From Tubiluchus corallicola (Eukaryota > Animalia > Priapulida): 64,000 bases of DNA. Location: contig JAQGDQ010000145.1 of NCBI GenBank assembly GCA_030141605.1, forward strand, positions 62,001-126,000. The letters are read 5' to 3'. The translations under genes were made by a program, and so were the position numbers. The notes under the pieces are model-generated. The model worked only from the letters and a program-made list of their open reading frames with translations. It had not been told where the DNA came from and ran no database searches. Shown here one piece after another: positions 25,901 to 62,900 of the stretch. Positions within the stretch are counted from its first letter, which is position 1. The number at the start of each line of letters is the position of its first letter.

Positions 25901-28900
25901 GTTTCAGTTTTTCTGCATCATTTATGAGCTTATGACATCAACTATGTACGACTTTTTTACTGACAATGATATATATTTATCATTATCTGTTTGTGTCTTC
26001 AGAAGAAGCAAATGGAATATCCATTAAAGACTGCTGTTGAAACAAGTTTTGGAGGCACTGAATACGTGAAAACTGGTGTTTTCACTCGTCTTGGACATCA
26101 CATTGGTAACGTTTTAATGTTTTTACCAACTGACTGACTGACTGACTAAATGGCTGGCTGGCTAGTTGGTGGGTGGCTGGACAGGCTGACTAACTGATTT
26201 GACTGACTGACTAACTTATTGACTATCTAACTGACTAATTTTAAGTTAGGCTGATAATTTATCGCAAATTTTAATTGTAAAATTAGACGACTGACTCATT
26301 TCATTTGCTGCTCCCCGGCTTCCTATTCTGTAAGTTTTCTGTAATGGCTTTACTGGCACTGTATTGTGTAGATAGATAATTTGTTTGCAGACCAAATTTC
26401 TGCATTTTACTAATCCGACAAGTTTTATGTATAACCGATTTGTTTCTTTATCCTCCCTTATTCAGACAGACATTACTTTGCTGTATGCTGTGGAACAATT
26501 GTCTTACAGTCATTGACAAATTTTTACTAATTACAATTACAAAAGCTCGTATTATAAAAAGAATGTACATTCAAAATTAAATTACAAGTTTTTAAAGTTT
26601 AAACCCAACTGATATTTAAATGTGCGTGTTACTATTCCTTTTAAGTCACATTTTTTGTTGTGAATTATTTTTCTATACTCATTCTTGTATTTTTTGCACT
26701 TGATAATTGTTATGTATATGTGCTTTATTGTAATCGCCGTAAATTAAGTTGATACCATGTGTGTTATACAGTTATTTTACATCTTTTTATGCATATTTAT
26801 ACTTCAGTCATCGGTAAAATCCTACAGAGTAACATATTAATAGTTAATATCCCGTATGACAGTTTGTTCACTGATCAGGGGCTTATCAAGACTTTATGAT
26901 GGCCTGGGTTGATAGTTCTAACCAGCCATTTGCATATTGTGAATTTATGGTTACTTATGTAATGAACAGGTTAAACAATTTGTTGTGGTGTATTAGAAAT
27001 GGTTTCTATGTTGTCGTTGTTAATTACTTGTATTGGCATAGCATTTATATTCAAGCAGGCTGCACAACTGCTTGTTGTGTAATACTTTGTACCTGTTTGT
27101 TATGTGGAATTTATATGAAAGCAGAGCGCAGTAACTGCCTGTGGTGTGTTATAAAATGCGTCCTTTACATGTATATGAACGTACATGTGTACACATTTTA
27201 CATGTTTACATACATTTTACATTATACATGTATACATATAATAAGAATTTTTTCTAAAATTTGATGCCCCTCACACTTTGGCGCCTAGGCTACTGCCTAG
27301 TTAGCGTATTGGTTAATGCACCCCTGCCACTGATCATCATTTATTGTTCATCACCACTTGTCATCATCGTTCAAACTACATGTAGATTCTGTATGCTATT
27401 GGTCTGGGTGGCCTGTACATTTTGAGGCATTTTTGCCATGCATAGGTCTCCCAGCCAATATTAGTATGTAAACCACAAATGCAAACTTTTATATCTCTAG
27501 TGTATTATTGTATTAGAGTATTAAAATTGTGATGTGGGTTGAATAAAAAAGTGAAAAAGTTAAATCATGCTGAACAAAGTGACCTAATAAAACAGCTTTA
27601 TTTTTATGTACTAACAATGCTGTTTAAATATCTGTGCCACCACATTCTTATATGTTGAATTTGTTTATTTTCTTGTTGTTATAGATCATCTTATTGCAGT
27701 TAATCAGTATAATCTTCCTGTATCCACTTCACTTGATTCTAGTCATGATGGTACGTTTCAGCTTTTTCCTTGTTAAACAGATGTAAACTATTGCTGTGCG
27801 GTAGTCTTAAAACTGAAAGTTAGTATTAGCTATCAACATGGTATCTTTAATGACATATTATTAAATATTTTTTGTAGGGTATATTGGCTAGTGCTTTTAT
27901 TGATAGCTCATTGGTTTTTCGTAGTTATACATTAATTATAAAGACCATGAAGTATACATAATTGTGAACAGTAAACTGTCAAACTCTTTCACTGTGGTCA
28001 TACCATAATAATGAAACCATAACCATATAACAAACATTTCTTAATGAGGCATAAGTTAAGTTAAGTTTATTTTTGTAGCATACTGTCCATTCACATGCTC
28101 TAGAACGCTTTAGAATAATTACAATCAAGCATTACACATTCTGATAATAAATTTGCGTGTAACTTTAAATTGTATATAATGGATATAAAACAATTAATGA
28201 GAATAAAGCCTTTAATTAGATTAAAATGTCAACTAACTAAAGTTGCATTATAAATATAAAAAATCTTTAAGAAGCACCCAGAACAAGTAGGTTTTCTCTT
28301 CACAATTTAAACAGTCAAAATGAAATTACAAAGATCAATTTAAAACTGTCCTAAAAATCACAAAAACTTTTTAAGAACAAGTATGTTTTTAATTTGAATT
28401 CAAAAGTACAAAATTGGTGCAGGTTCTTAGTTCATATGGCAACAAGTTCCAATAGTAAGGGCCACATTTCTGGATCATTGTGAGTTTAAGAAGAGGTTGT
28501 ATTAAAAGTACAGTTGCCTTTGTTATAGTGAAACAACTTTTGAGAAGGCTCGGGAAACTTTGTTATTCTTCTTTATGAGTATCCTAGTTTTAAATTACCA
28601 TCTAGTTCTCTGCAGGTTCATTAACTCAGTGGTCATAATAGTAAAATGAGTACTTGCAGTTATATGAGTCTTTGTTTCCTATTGTTTAGGTGAGCCTCAC
28701 AGTGCTCCACAACACATGAGAAGTGGTGATACTGGCACTTTGTATGCAGAAGATATTGCGGCTTCCTTTGGTTGTGTCATGTAAGCAATTTTGAACATTC
28801 TTCATTCATACTGAAATCAAAACAGTTTTCAAAGCATCAAAAAATTTTCGTATTTATTATATTACTATGGATCAACTCTCAAACTTGCTAGTGGTGAGTT

Positions 28901-30950
28901 ACACCTACCCCAGTAGTCTGGAGTTTAGGAACTAGTTTTTTGTATACCAGACAAATAATTGCTCAAAATAGAATTGTATGTTACAATGGGCAAGACTGTA
29001 AGCCAAGTGTAATATATTTCTCTGAATTTTGCTAGTCTGTACAGGAATTCATGCCTTGAGTGATATTCTATGTATTTCTTTTCATTTGACAGTGCTAGGT
29101 ATTCATCCATGCATGATTTTTCTCGTATCTTTAAAGATATGTCAATTGGATGCATCCTTTCATTAAACTAGTCGGCTTCTGAGTACGCGATGTGTCATAC
29201 ACATTTAGGAAATTCCACATTAAACAGCCGGTATATTAGTTTGTGCTATTGCACCTTTATGTAATTTTAATTTATTCTTTAACCGTAAGCAAATCACATG
29301 CCTTACACAATTACAAAACTGTACTCTTTATAGGATTGCACTGATAATACTTTATCCTCCGAACTTTTGTGCCAACACTCCAAGGCTAACAGGAGTAACA
29401 CAAATGAGATTAAGACATTTAAAATGTTTGGGATATGTGGTGGTAACGGTAAGTACAACAAGTTTTTCTACGTTTTGTTCTTATAGATTGTTTGATTGTA
29501 CCAATCAAGCTTACTTCTGCTCTGTTTACTTGAATCAGAGTATCTCAGAAATCTGGAATCGTATTTTTATTTTACGACATGCTGTGTTGGAGCATTTGAG
29601 AGAATCAAGATTAGTGTTTAAATGCTTCGGCTGTGGCAGAATGTGCATAGTGCTGATGACGTGGGAAGATTGTGCTCGTGTGGTAACTCGCAACAAACTG
29701 AGGTAAATGCAGATGTGGACGAAGCTGATCTACATGATGACAGAAGCGAACGCAGACCTAAAGGTTTCTGACAGTGTCTTAATGGAATTGGAAGAATAAC
29801 TAAACCTGTATGTTGAAAAAGACCATGATCATTTTGAGCATCTTGATATTAAGTGTTATTACAAAATGTTAATAAACCTGGAAATATTTTACAGATTCCA
29901 GACTTCTGGGACACCCTGATAAGGTTCTAAGCACTACCGAATTATCATCGATTGTTTAACCAAACGAAAATATCAGTACCTGGGGCAGATATTTTGCGAA
30001 ATTGCTTTTGAAATTGTACTAATCAAACTTGGCTCACGGGAGTATGTGATGACGGGAAAAGTTGCTGTGGTGTACTTGATCCTGACTTTTATATTGAACA
30101 ACAGTAGAGTGTTGCATTTGCAAAGCAAACTTGATACTTGGTAATACTTGATTACTACATCGAATTTCAGTCGAGTGCGTTTTTTGAGAACAATCGTCCA
30201 GAGGAACTGGGGTGGACTTATGTTTCAGTGATTTCTTATTATCTTTATTGGTAGTCATTTTGAACTAGTGGCATTATTTGTTATGGAGATTTGAAACAAT
30301 TATATGAAAGGGAGTACCATTTCTCATCAAAGTTAAGATAAGACAAAGGTAGATTTATTTGGCTAGAGCATACACCTCATACAAAACATGTTCATTCAGA
30401 ATTGTGCGGCTTTAAAGAGATATAGTTGTGTCGCCAACAATAACAAGATTGAAGTGTGTTAGGTAGCTTTTGAAAATTTCAAGATTGAATTTTAAAAAAG
30501 TCCAGAATTAAGACGAAAAGGATTGAGACCAATACTTGTTCATCATTGAGCTTTTTGTTGATTTAATGAAATTAACAGAGCTGTTTTTGAAAAAAAGTTT
30601 ATTTTTATATGCCATTTATATATTAAAGATATTCTTTTGTGTTCACATCAAAAATGTGGAAGAAATAAGATTGCAAAGTTCAAAAAATATGTTAAGTTAT
30701 TTTCAGACTTGTCACCGGGGAATCTCAATGTCGGGTCATGAACATAAACATAAAAATGACTATGGCAGTAATGTTTGTGTTTACTTTTCAACCTGCTTTT
30801 GTATATTTTGCATGGAAACAAATTTTATTTTAGGTTAATTATGAAAATTGGGAGCAGTTGTTAGATCATGAGAAGCTTTCCTTCATATCTAGAGAAGTCC
30901 ATCATGCTTTGTCAAGTGACTGTGTGGACACATCCAGTGAAACTACGTGA
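22997..30950 (+). CDS. FAST kinase domain-containing protein (FASTKD family, C-terminal RAP domain), about 650 aa, probably mitochondrial
   Basis: Coding exons 22997-24323, 25283-25416, 26003-26105, 27685-27750, 28690-28780, 29334-29448, 30834-30950 (1953 nt, in frame). The N-terminus is basic and Ser-rich like a mitochondrial presequence, followed by a helical-repeat body. FAST_2-like LLLINQSLSTECSNYEGKRL; RAP-like IALII..PPNFCANTPRLTGVTQMRLRHLKCLGYVVVTVNYENWEQL. The first two donors are the weaker GTCTGT. The paralog number cannot be determined by eye. Confidence 0.88.
26128..26240. repeat. (CTGA)n/(CTGG)n degenerate microsatellite
   Basis: ACTGACTGACTGACTGACT..GGCTGGCTGGCT..GACTGACTAACT. 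Confidence 0.75.
26876..27326. mobile_element. hAT-like MITE in a FASTKD intron
   Basis: CAGGGG..CCCCTG termini; 8-bp flanks TCACTGAT / CCACTGAT (7/8); subterminal GCCTAGGCTACTGCCTAG motif shared with 60381-60765. Confidence 0.7.
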
Positions 30951-32056
30951 CATTTTGCAAATTTTAGATTAATTGACCAGTAACAAAATACTGTATTGTA
31001 CATGTTAAAAAAACCTTCTCTTTAGTAGAATTGTTACATACCTGACTAGTTACCTGCATATTAATTAATTATTAATTGAAGGCAGCAAAGTTTTGATGTT
31101 AAAATCTTTCTTTGTCTTAAACAGCAGGATTGTAATACCAATGTTTCACTTTGTCTTCACATTTATTACTAGTCATTAATAGGAATTCATAAGGTGTTAA
31201 CTCAGTGAATTTTTTTTAATTATTTTCTATCATAACTTTAAAAATACTTGTTAAGATCATATTCAAAGATCATCTGCTAACAAGATTTTGTTACTTTGAG
31301 AGACCGTGAATGATAATGCTTATTCTGCAAAAATGCTGACAAATAAATGATACTTTTAGCACTAATAATGAGATTGTTAAGGTTATTAACTTCTCATTAA
31401 AATTAATAATCTTTTAACTTTTGCATGTTAATAAAGTTATCTTCATTATGCTATCTTAATAGAAAATGAACCCGTTCATGTAATTATAATATATATATAT
31501 TAAGCATGTAACATGCATTACCTCAATTAATTCATTATTTATCATTGTGTTTGCCCAGCAAGTTCTGAACAGACCAAACAAATTAGAATTGAAGCTGATA
31601 ATATTTCTTTTTATTATTGTCTGATACTGTTGTAAGGTTTGACAAAGTGTAGAAAAGTTGTGCGTTCTTTTACAGGCACCATGAAATTAGCTTGCCTAAT
31701 GCAAAGTGATGTGTCTTGCTTTATACCAGCTTTTTCAGTTTCAAATTAAGACAAATAATTCTGTGATATATCGAGAAACATTTCAAGGCAAAATTACTGA
31801 AATAAAAGTTTATTGCTATCACATATCGTACTGAGCACTTAAGTAAAACTGTATATCATAAACTTTTTTAAATATAAATGGCTAATACTGCACAGTAATA
31901 AATACAATTTTACAAAAGAAGTAAGCACCTAATGAATTCAATACTGTCTAATACTTGAGCAAATAAAATATTTAGCAAAACAAATAAGTGCAAATGCACA
32001 AAACCTCGTTATAACGCCAACCTCCAAACCAAACTCCTAGCAACTTCCAAACTGTA

Positions 32057-32428
32057 TAGGGTGTTCCAAAAAAACATCACAGTAGAAAGGTGGTGATATA
32101 ACTCTACATACAATGTACAAAAGTCAAGTTACAGGGTATAAAAATAAGAATTATACGAATAAAGTCATTGTATGTTTACATCATTATGATGTCATAATGC
32201 AGAATTCCAGGTTAATTTTGAAAAAAATAAGTATTATTCAATTCATCTAATCTGATCAACTTAAGCATCGCTTCTGTTTATATCTCCTAATTAATGGCTT
32301 GCAGTTCCAGCAAATGTTATAGTATAATCTCTTACTATATGGCTAAACATGCAACTTTCATTGACTTGAGTACCTTACTTCAACACGTCATCGTATTTGT
32401 ACTACACTGTTTCTTCTGGAACACCCTA
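32057..32428. mobile_element. Tc1/mariner-like MITE
   Basis: TAGGGTGTTCCAAAAAAACA ... TGTTTCTTCTGGAACACCCTA inverted ends; TA on the left flank. Confidence 0.6.
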
Positions 32429-33214
32429 CATAAAAACAGCAGTACTCACCAAGTAGACTAATTGCTAGCTTATAAGCCGTAACAATAGCATTGCATGTGG
32501 AAGTCACTTTTGCAAAATACATATTTTAACAATTTACATACAATATTAAAACAATATTTAACAAAAATAGGCCATTTGAAAAAGTGTTACATCAGAATTT
32601 TGGACATAGTTAAAGACCCGTTTTTAAACACCCTGACACAGCTCCCTGATAGGAATCTTAAATTTCAAAAATGAAACATTGATTTATTAAGCTACATGTG
32701 AAAGTATAAATAATATTCATTCAACATTTTTACACTGATCATGAATAAAACTGTGTCCATGCCAACTACAGCAGTTTTATTTAGCACATTTCAGAACGAA
32801 TTTCCTACCGGTACGCTAGATACCACTTATATTCTAATAAATAACGCTGTACCATTTGAAATGACAATATTGTTGCTAACATAATAAACTGTTATGTGTT
32901 CTAAAAACATTTGATTGCAAATTGCTACTCTTATAAATGTCTCAATTTGCTGTAATCATCTAGCAAGTTCCTAGAGTACTTACAATAAGTAAACTTACAT
33001 ATTATCCTTAGTAAACTCCAGTATGGTGATAATGATTTCCACTGAAAACAAGTCACAAGTTAATTATTGATACATATGCACATTCCTCAGTCAACGTAAC
33101 TGTTTTACTTACTATTATTGGCAAACATACCAGGTACAACTATGTAAACAGTGTACCATTAACCAAGCTATCAGAATTGCATACATTGACAGTATTGCAC
33201 ATTAATTAACACTA

Positions 33215-36200
33215 TTAGGAACAAAGCAAACAATCTTCAGCACTGTTACACAAGTCGCTAAAACTATAACTGCTCAGACTACTTCCGGGCGGGCCTATTG
33301 GATACAAACCAACTTTATCGAACTGCTTAATAATGATCCACGGGTTTAGTGATTTCAACCACACATGCCAAAACACTTTGCAAAAATATAATAATGCTAT
33401 ACTGCTTTTATGTTTACGAACAGTCTGATCCCATTGTGCTTTTATCACAGATTCCATATCAGTTCCTGATTGTAGCAGTCTGTATACAAAGATATGCCTC
33501 TTTTCTGCAGCTGTAAATAATTTATAGTCAACGTTTGAACCATCTTTGTTCATTAGTATAATAACAGGACGGAAAACTGGAATGTTTGGTATCACATGAT
33601 TTTCTAACCATATGTGATAAGTGCCCTCCTCTGGCTGACCTGTCTCTGTGTAGAAAATATATTCACCATTTTGCACAAGTTTTTGCGGGTAACTACTTTC
33701 TTTACAAAACTTTGGAAAAATTATGAAAGGCGGTAAAGCCTGACCTATACCACTAATACAAAATAATACTGTTACATAATATGCAGATTTTACTTTGGTA
33801 GTTGTTTCTGGCTTAATAGAAAGATGCAATAAGTTCTTGTCACCATTAAATTCAATATTGAAAGAAATGAGTTCGGCTGAATATACACATTGTGGCTTAG
33901 TATGCAGGTCATGAGATTTCAGAAATGCTTCATAGTTTTCTGTCCACTTAGAATTGCCTTCAGTTGTACAGTCAGGCGGAGAACAGAAATTTTCAACAAA
34001 TGGGGCCAACAAGTCATACAGTGCATTTAGACACAGCAAACCCGAAGTTTTTTCTTCTACAAGTTGCTTGACAGTTTTAAAAATTTCGTTCTTTGTTACA
34101 CCATTAAATCCCCTTTGCTGCATTTCAAGAACCCATTTACGAACATGCTCTTCTGTGCTGATCAACTCTGGTGTGACGCAAACATCAAAAGTGCACTCCT
34201 TGCTTGCTTCTGGAATCAAACAGTTTTGGAATTCTTCGTCAGATGTAAAAGGTTTAGGTTTCACTTCTAAAGAGTTGGTGCAATGAGCTTTATCCAATGA
34301 TGAAATGCCTATTATTTTACCAAGTATATTGCTTCCTACAGATCCTTTTTTCTGCCCATCTGTTTTTAATACAAACTCGTTGCCATCTGTATGGAACCCA
34401 GTTGCATGATCTGAAACTGTTACAGAATGTTCTTGACAATGTTGCCTTGGCTCTATCAAATCAGAGCTTTCAACACATTCTTGCACTGGAAAAGGCTGTA
34501 ATAACATCTTATCTTGCTGTAAATAACTGACAGCTGGTAAAGCTGATTGTCGCCATTGTTCATCTGCTGGGGACTGTGAAACAGCATTATCTATTGTTTC
34601 ATGAATAACATTCTTTTTGCTATTTGGCAGTTTAGTAGTTGAAACCTTTCTTTTAGTGCCTGATGCATAAACAGCTTTGTGATTATCAGATGGTTTAAGT
34701 TCTTTTGTTTCTGCATCTTCGGTGGCTAAAATAAATTGACGTACTCGATCACTGTCACAATTGCAAGTTATGTCATGTAACCAGTCGTGCAGAGTTGATT
34801 TCGGCACTTGCCACCTGGCTGCTGCAGCTTGCTTGGTCATCCCTTGTAAGAGAACATCTTGCACTGCTCTTGCTAGCCGCATCCGCCGCAACTTTTGTTT
34901 CGACACATGTTCTGGAATGTAGCTATCACCCGAATAATCTTGTAGCCTGATACCATTTTGGTTTTCTGAAAATGTAATGTCAGGATAGTTATTTTTATCG
35001 CCTTCACCTTTTACTTGAATAGAGTTTGCTGATGCAGTATGAGAGAAGTTACTCACAGTATCTTTATTTTTTAATAGAGTAAAGTCTGCAGTTACTACAT
35101 CACTGTGCTTATTCATAGTATCTTCACCTTTTACTTGAACAGAGTATAGGACCTCATTTTTGACCTGAACAGAGTCTTCAGTAATATTATAACTACATCT
35201 GTTTCCATTAAGATTGCTGTCAGTGATTGATGTACTTATAAGTTGCTCTTCGTGGAACTTTTCATAAACTTCTATTAACCACTTCGACAATAATGTGGAC
35301 GACACATTCCATTTCACAACAGCAGCCGCTTGAGAAAAATCATTGAACAAAACATCACTAGCAGCTTGGTACAAACTTTCTGCTAAACATTCGTCGTCAT
35401 CATTATCAGTCTGGTTATTAATTAGCACTGACTTTTCTCCAGGCATGTTTTTGAGGAAAGGCAACTCACAACAAGCCCAATCTTTATCTGCTACTATAGT
35501 TCCCATACTCATTACACTACCGTGAACCCAATCATGTAAAGTAGATCTTGGAACCATCCACTTTGCAGATGACTGAATGTGTGATAAACCTTCATGCTGT
35601 ATATCTGCCACAGCTCTTAGTAACCTTTCCCTCCTGTTTAAGTGAAAAGCTAGCTCATCTGGCTCTAAAACCGAACTTTTTAATTTCTTTGGCAATAATG
35701 ACTGATACTTGTTTGGGAGGCTTCTTTTTGTTGGTGCTGTATCAGATACAAGTTTTCCATTTATCAAACGACCATTGCAGATCTTCTGAACTTTTCCAGA
35801 CATCCAATCATTCAGTGTTGAGCGACCAACTTTCCATTTTGTTGCTGCAGCCTTTTGTGAACATAGCCCACCGTTAACTTCTTCCATAGCCTTAATTAAC
35901 CTCTCGTCACGACTTAACTTACTAATATCCACTTCCAGGTCGCTGCTTTTATTAATGGATAAACTGTGAGTTTTCTCTGAAACTCCAGTGGATACACTAT
36001 GCTTGGATTTGCTGCAAACATTGGTAGACGCACACACACTTGATGCATACAGGTCTAATTTGTTATTACAGAAAAAATTGCTTGTGCGAAAATTTTCTTC
36101 AAGTTTAAAAACTTTTTTTCGTTTTCCCAACACCCACTCGCTTACAGATGACCGAGGAACATTCCACTTACGCGCTGCAGCACCTAGTGACATGTAACCA

Positions 36201-36280
36201 GTTTGAGCATCTTTCATTGCCAAGAACTTTCTTTGATCTCTTGTTAACATTTCTGAAAAGTTAACTCCATCTTGTTCCAT
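33215..36280 (-). CDS. Multi-pipsqueak-HTH protein with a CENP-B-type HTH and degenerate pogo/Tigger DDE_1 domain (putative domesticated transposase), 1021 aa
   Basis: Uninterrupted 3066-nt ORF. Five psq-like HTH repeats: SLGAAARKWNVPRSSVSEW, SQKAAATKWKVGRSTLNDW, SHIQSSAKWMVPRSTLHDW, SQAAAVVKWNVSSTLLSKW, TKQAAAARWQVPKSTLHDW. EEHVRKWVLEMQQRGF..VTKNEI is CENP-B HTH-like. VTVLFCISGIGQALPPFIIF and WLENHVIPNIP..RPVIIL are DDE_1-like. No flanking TIRs seen. Confidence 0.85.
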   Translation of the reverse strand: MEQDGVNFSEMLTRDQRKFLAMKDAQTGYMSLGAAARKWNVPRSSVSEWVLGKRKKVFKLEENFRTSNFFCNNKLDLYASSVCASTNVCSKSKHSVSTGVSEKTHSLSINKSSDLEVDISKLSRDERLIKAMEEVNGGLCSQKAAATKWKVGRSTLNDWMSGKVQKICNGRLINGKLVSDTAPTKRSLPNKYQSLLPKKLKSSVLEPDELAFHLNRRERLLRAVADIQHEGLSHIQSSAKWMVPRSTLHDWVHGSVMSMGTIVADKDWACCELPFLKNMPGEKSVLINNQTDNDDDECLAESLYQAASDVLFNDFSQAAAVVKWNVSSTLLSKWLIEVYEKFHEEQLISTSITDSNLNGNRCSYNITEDSVQVKNEVLYSVQVKGEDTMNKHSDVVTADFTLLKNKDTVSNFSHTASANSIQVKGEGDKNNYPDITFSENQNGIRLQDYSGDSYIPEHVSKQKLRRMRLARAVQDVLLQGMTKQAAAARWQVPKSTLHDWLHDITCNCDSDRVRQFILATEDAETKELKPSDNHKAVYASGTKRKVSTTKLPNSKKNVIHETIDNAVSQSPADEQWRQSALPAVSYLQQDKMLLQPFPVQECVESSDLIEPRQHCQEHSVTVSDHATGFHTDGNEFVLKTDGQKKGSVGSNILGKIIGISSLDKAHCTNSLEVKPKPFTSDEEFQNCLIPEASKECTFDVCVTPELISTEEHVRKWVLEMQQRGFNGVTKNEIFKTVKQLVEEKTSGLLCLNALYDLLAPFVENFCSPPDCTTEGNSKWTENYEAFLKSHDLHTKPQCVYSAELISFNIEFNGDKNLLHLSIKPETTTKVKSAYYVTVLFCISGIGQALPPFIIFPKFCKESSYPQKLVQNGEYIFYTETGQPEEGTYHIWLENHVIPNIPVFRPVIILMNKDGSNVDYKLFTAAEKRHIFVYRLLQSGTDMESVIKAQWDQTVRKHKSSIALLYFCKVFWHVWLKSLNPWIIIKQFDKVGLYPIGPPGSSLSSYSFSDLCNSAEDCLLCS

Positions 36281-36285
36281 AGTAT

Positions 36286-36549
36286 CTGCTTAAAATGAAA
36301 AACAAGTGTCAAATCCACATAATGCGCCAACTTATTAATCACATCATACGTCAATTTTCTAAAAATATGAAAAAATGATGGCAGTAAAACGCGGCATTTT
36401 AAAGAATCTAAAAGCGGAAATAGAATATATTTATTTTACATACATTATTACATTAAACTAGCACAACATACTAATCACATAAGAATAATCAAAAGAGCCA
36501 AATTCGCAGCTTCCAAGCTTGATTTTGATCAGTTATATTGTTTACTTAC
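36286..36549 (-). other. 5' UTR intron of the psq/pogo-derived gene
   Basis: Minus-strand donor GTAAGTA at 36549 and acceptor TTTCATTTTAAGCAG ending at 36286, 5 nt before the ATG at 36280; implies a non-coding first exon above 36550. Confidence 0.7.
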
Positions 36550-36599
36550 AATGTTATTTAAGTGACAGTAGTCATGACTAGTCGCTCCATAGCGTTTGT

Positions 36600-36900
36600 T
36601 TCACTTCACTTTCAGAAAACGAGCTCACTACAGTACTATTTCAGCCTGTAAAATGCGTTACTAGTCACACACCACAATCCTCCTGTTCGGAAACCGGATA
36701 TTCCTGAACAAAAAGACAGGAAGCAAGTCCGGATCGAATACTTCGGTGTTCCAAATGTAATTCCGGGAGCTGACATGTTTGTTGCGTTTCTTAGCATATA
36801 CTCCCCTCTACCGGTTGGTTTAATTGCCATGTTGGTTGCTAAGCAACGTCGATACACAAAACAAGAAACGACTTCAGGGAAACTCGTCTATCATATTATA
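36600..36900. promoter_or_regulatory. Bidirectional promoter between the psq/pogo-derived gene and KIF28, with ETS-like cores and an RFX X-box
   Basis: Locally CpG-enriched stretch between divergent genes; several CGGAA/CCGGA/CAGGAAG cores at 36688-36768; palindromic GTTGCTAAGCAAC at 36835-36847. Confidence 0.65.
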
Positions 36901-37235
36901 TTATCATTATGCATACGCGTATACTTTGCAATTTAGTGTGCTGGCGCGGTGTACAGAACAAATTGCTTGCCAATTATAGTGTTAGACGTGCTACTTATTT
37001 AAGGCAAGCTCATTATAGTAGTGTAGTGATGTTTGCTTAATGTGCACTACATTGAATTATTAAAGCCTATTATTTATAGTATTAATTATATTAAATTTTT
37101 GAAAATAAATATAACACATGCAAGTCGAACTACAGCCATTAAAAATTTTTCATTATTGGTGGTGTGTAATGGCGCCTATATATGCAGTAAATCTACTGTA
37201 AATGTTTTGCAAAAAACTTCCTGCAGCAAAGAAAA

Positions 37236-62900
<25,665 letters not shown>

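Noticed and set aside
29560-30260. Coding-looking sequence in the last FASTKD intron (FKCFGCGRMC, SADDV, KYQYLGQ)
   Set aside because: Fragments are in different frames with stops and cannot be assigned by eye; BLASTX would be needed.
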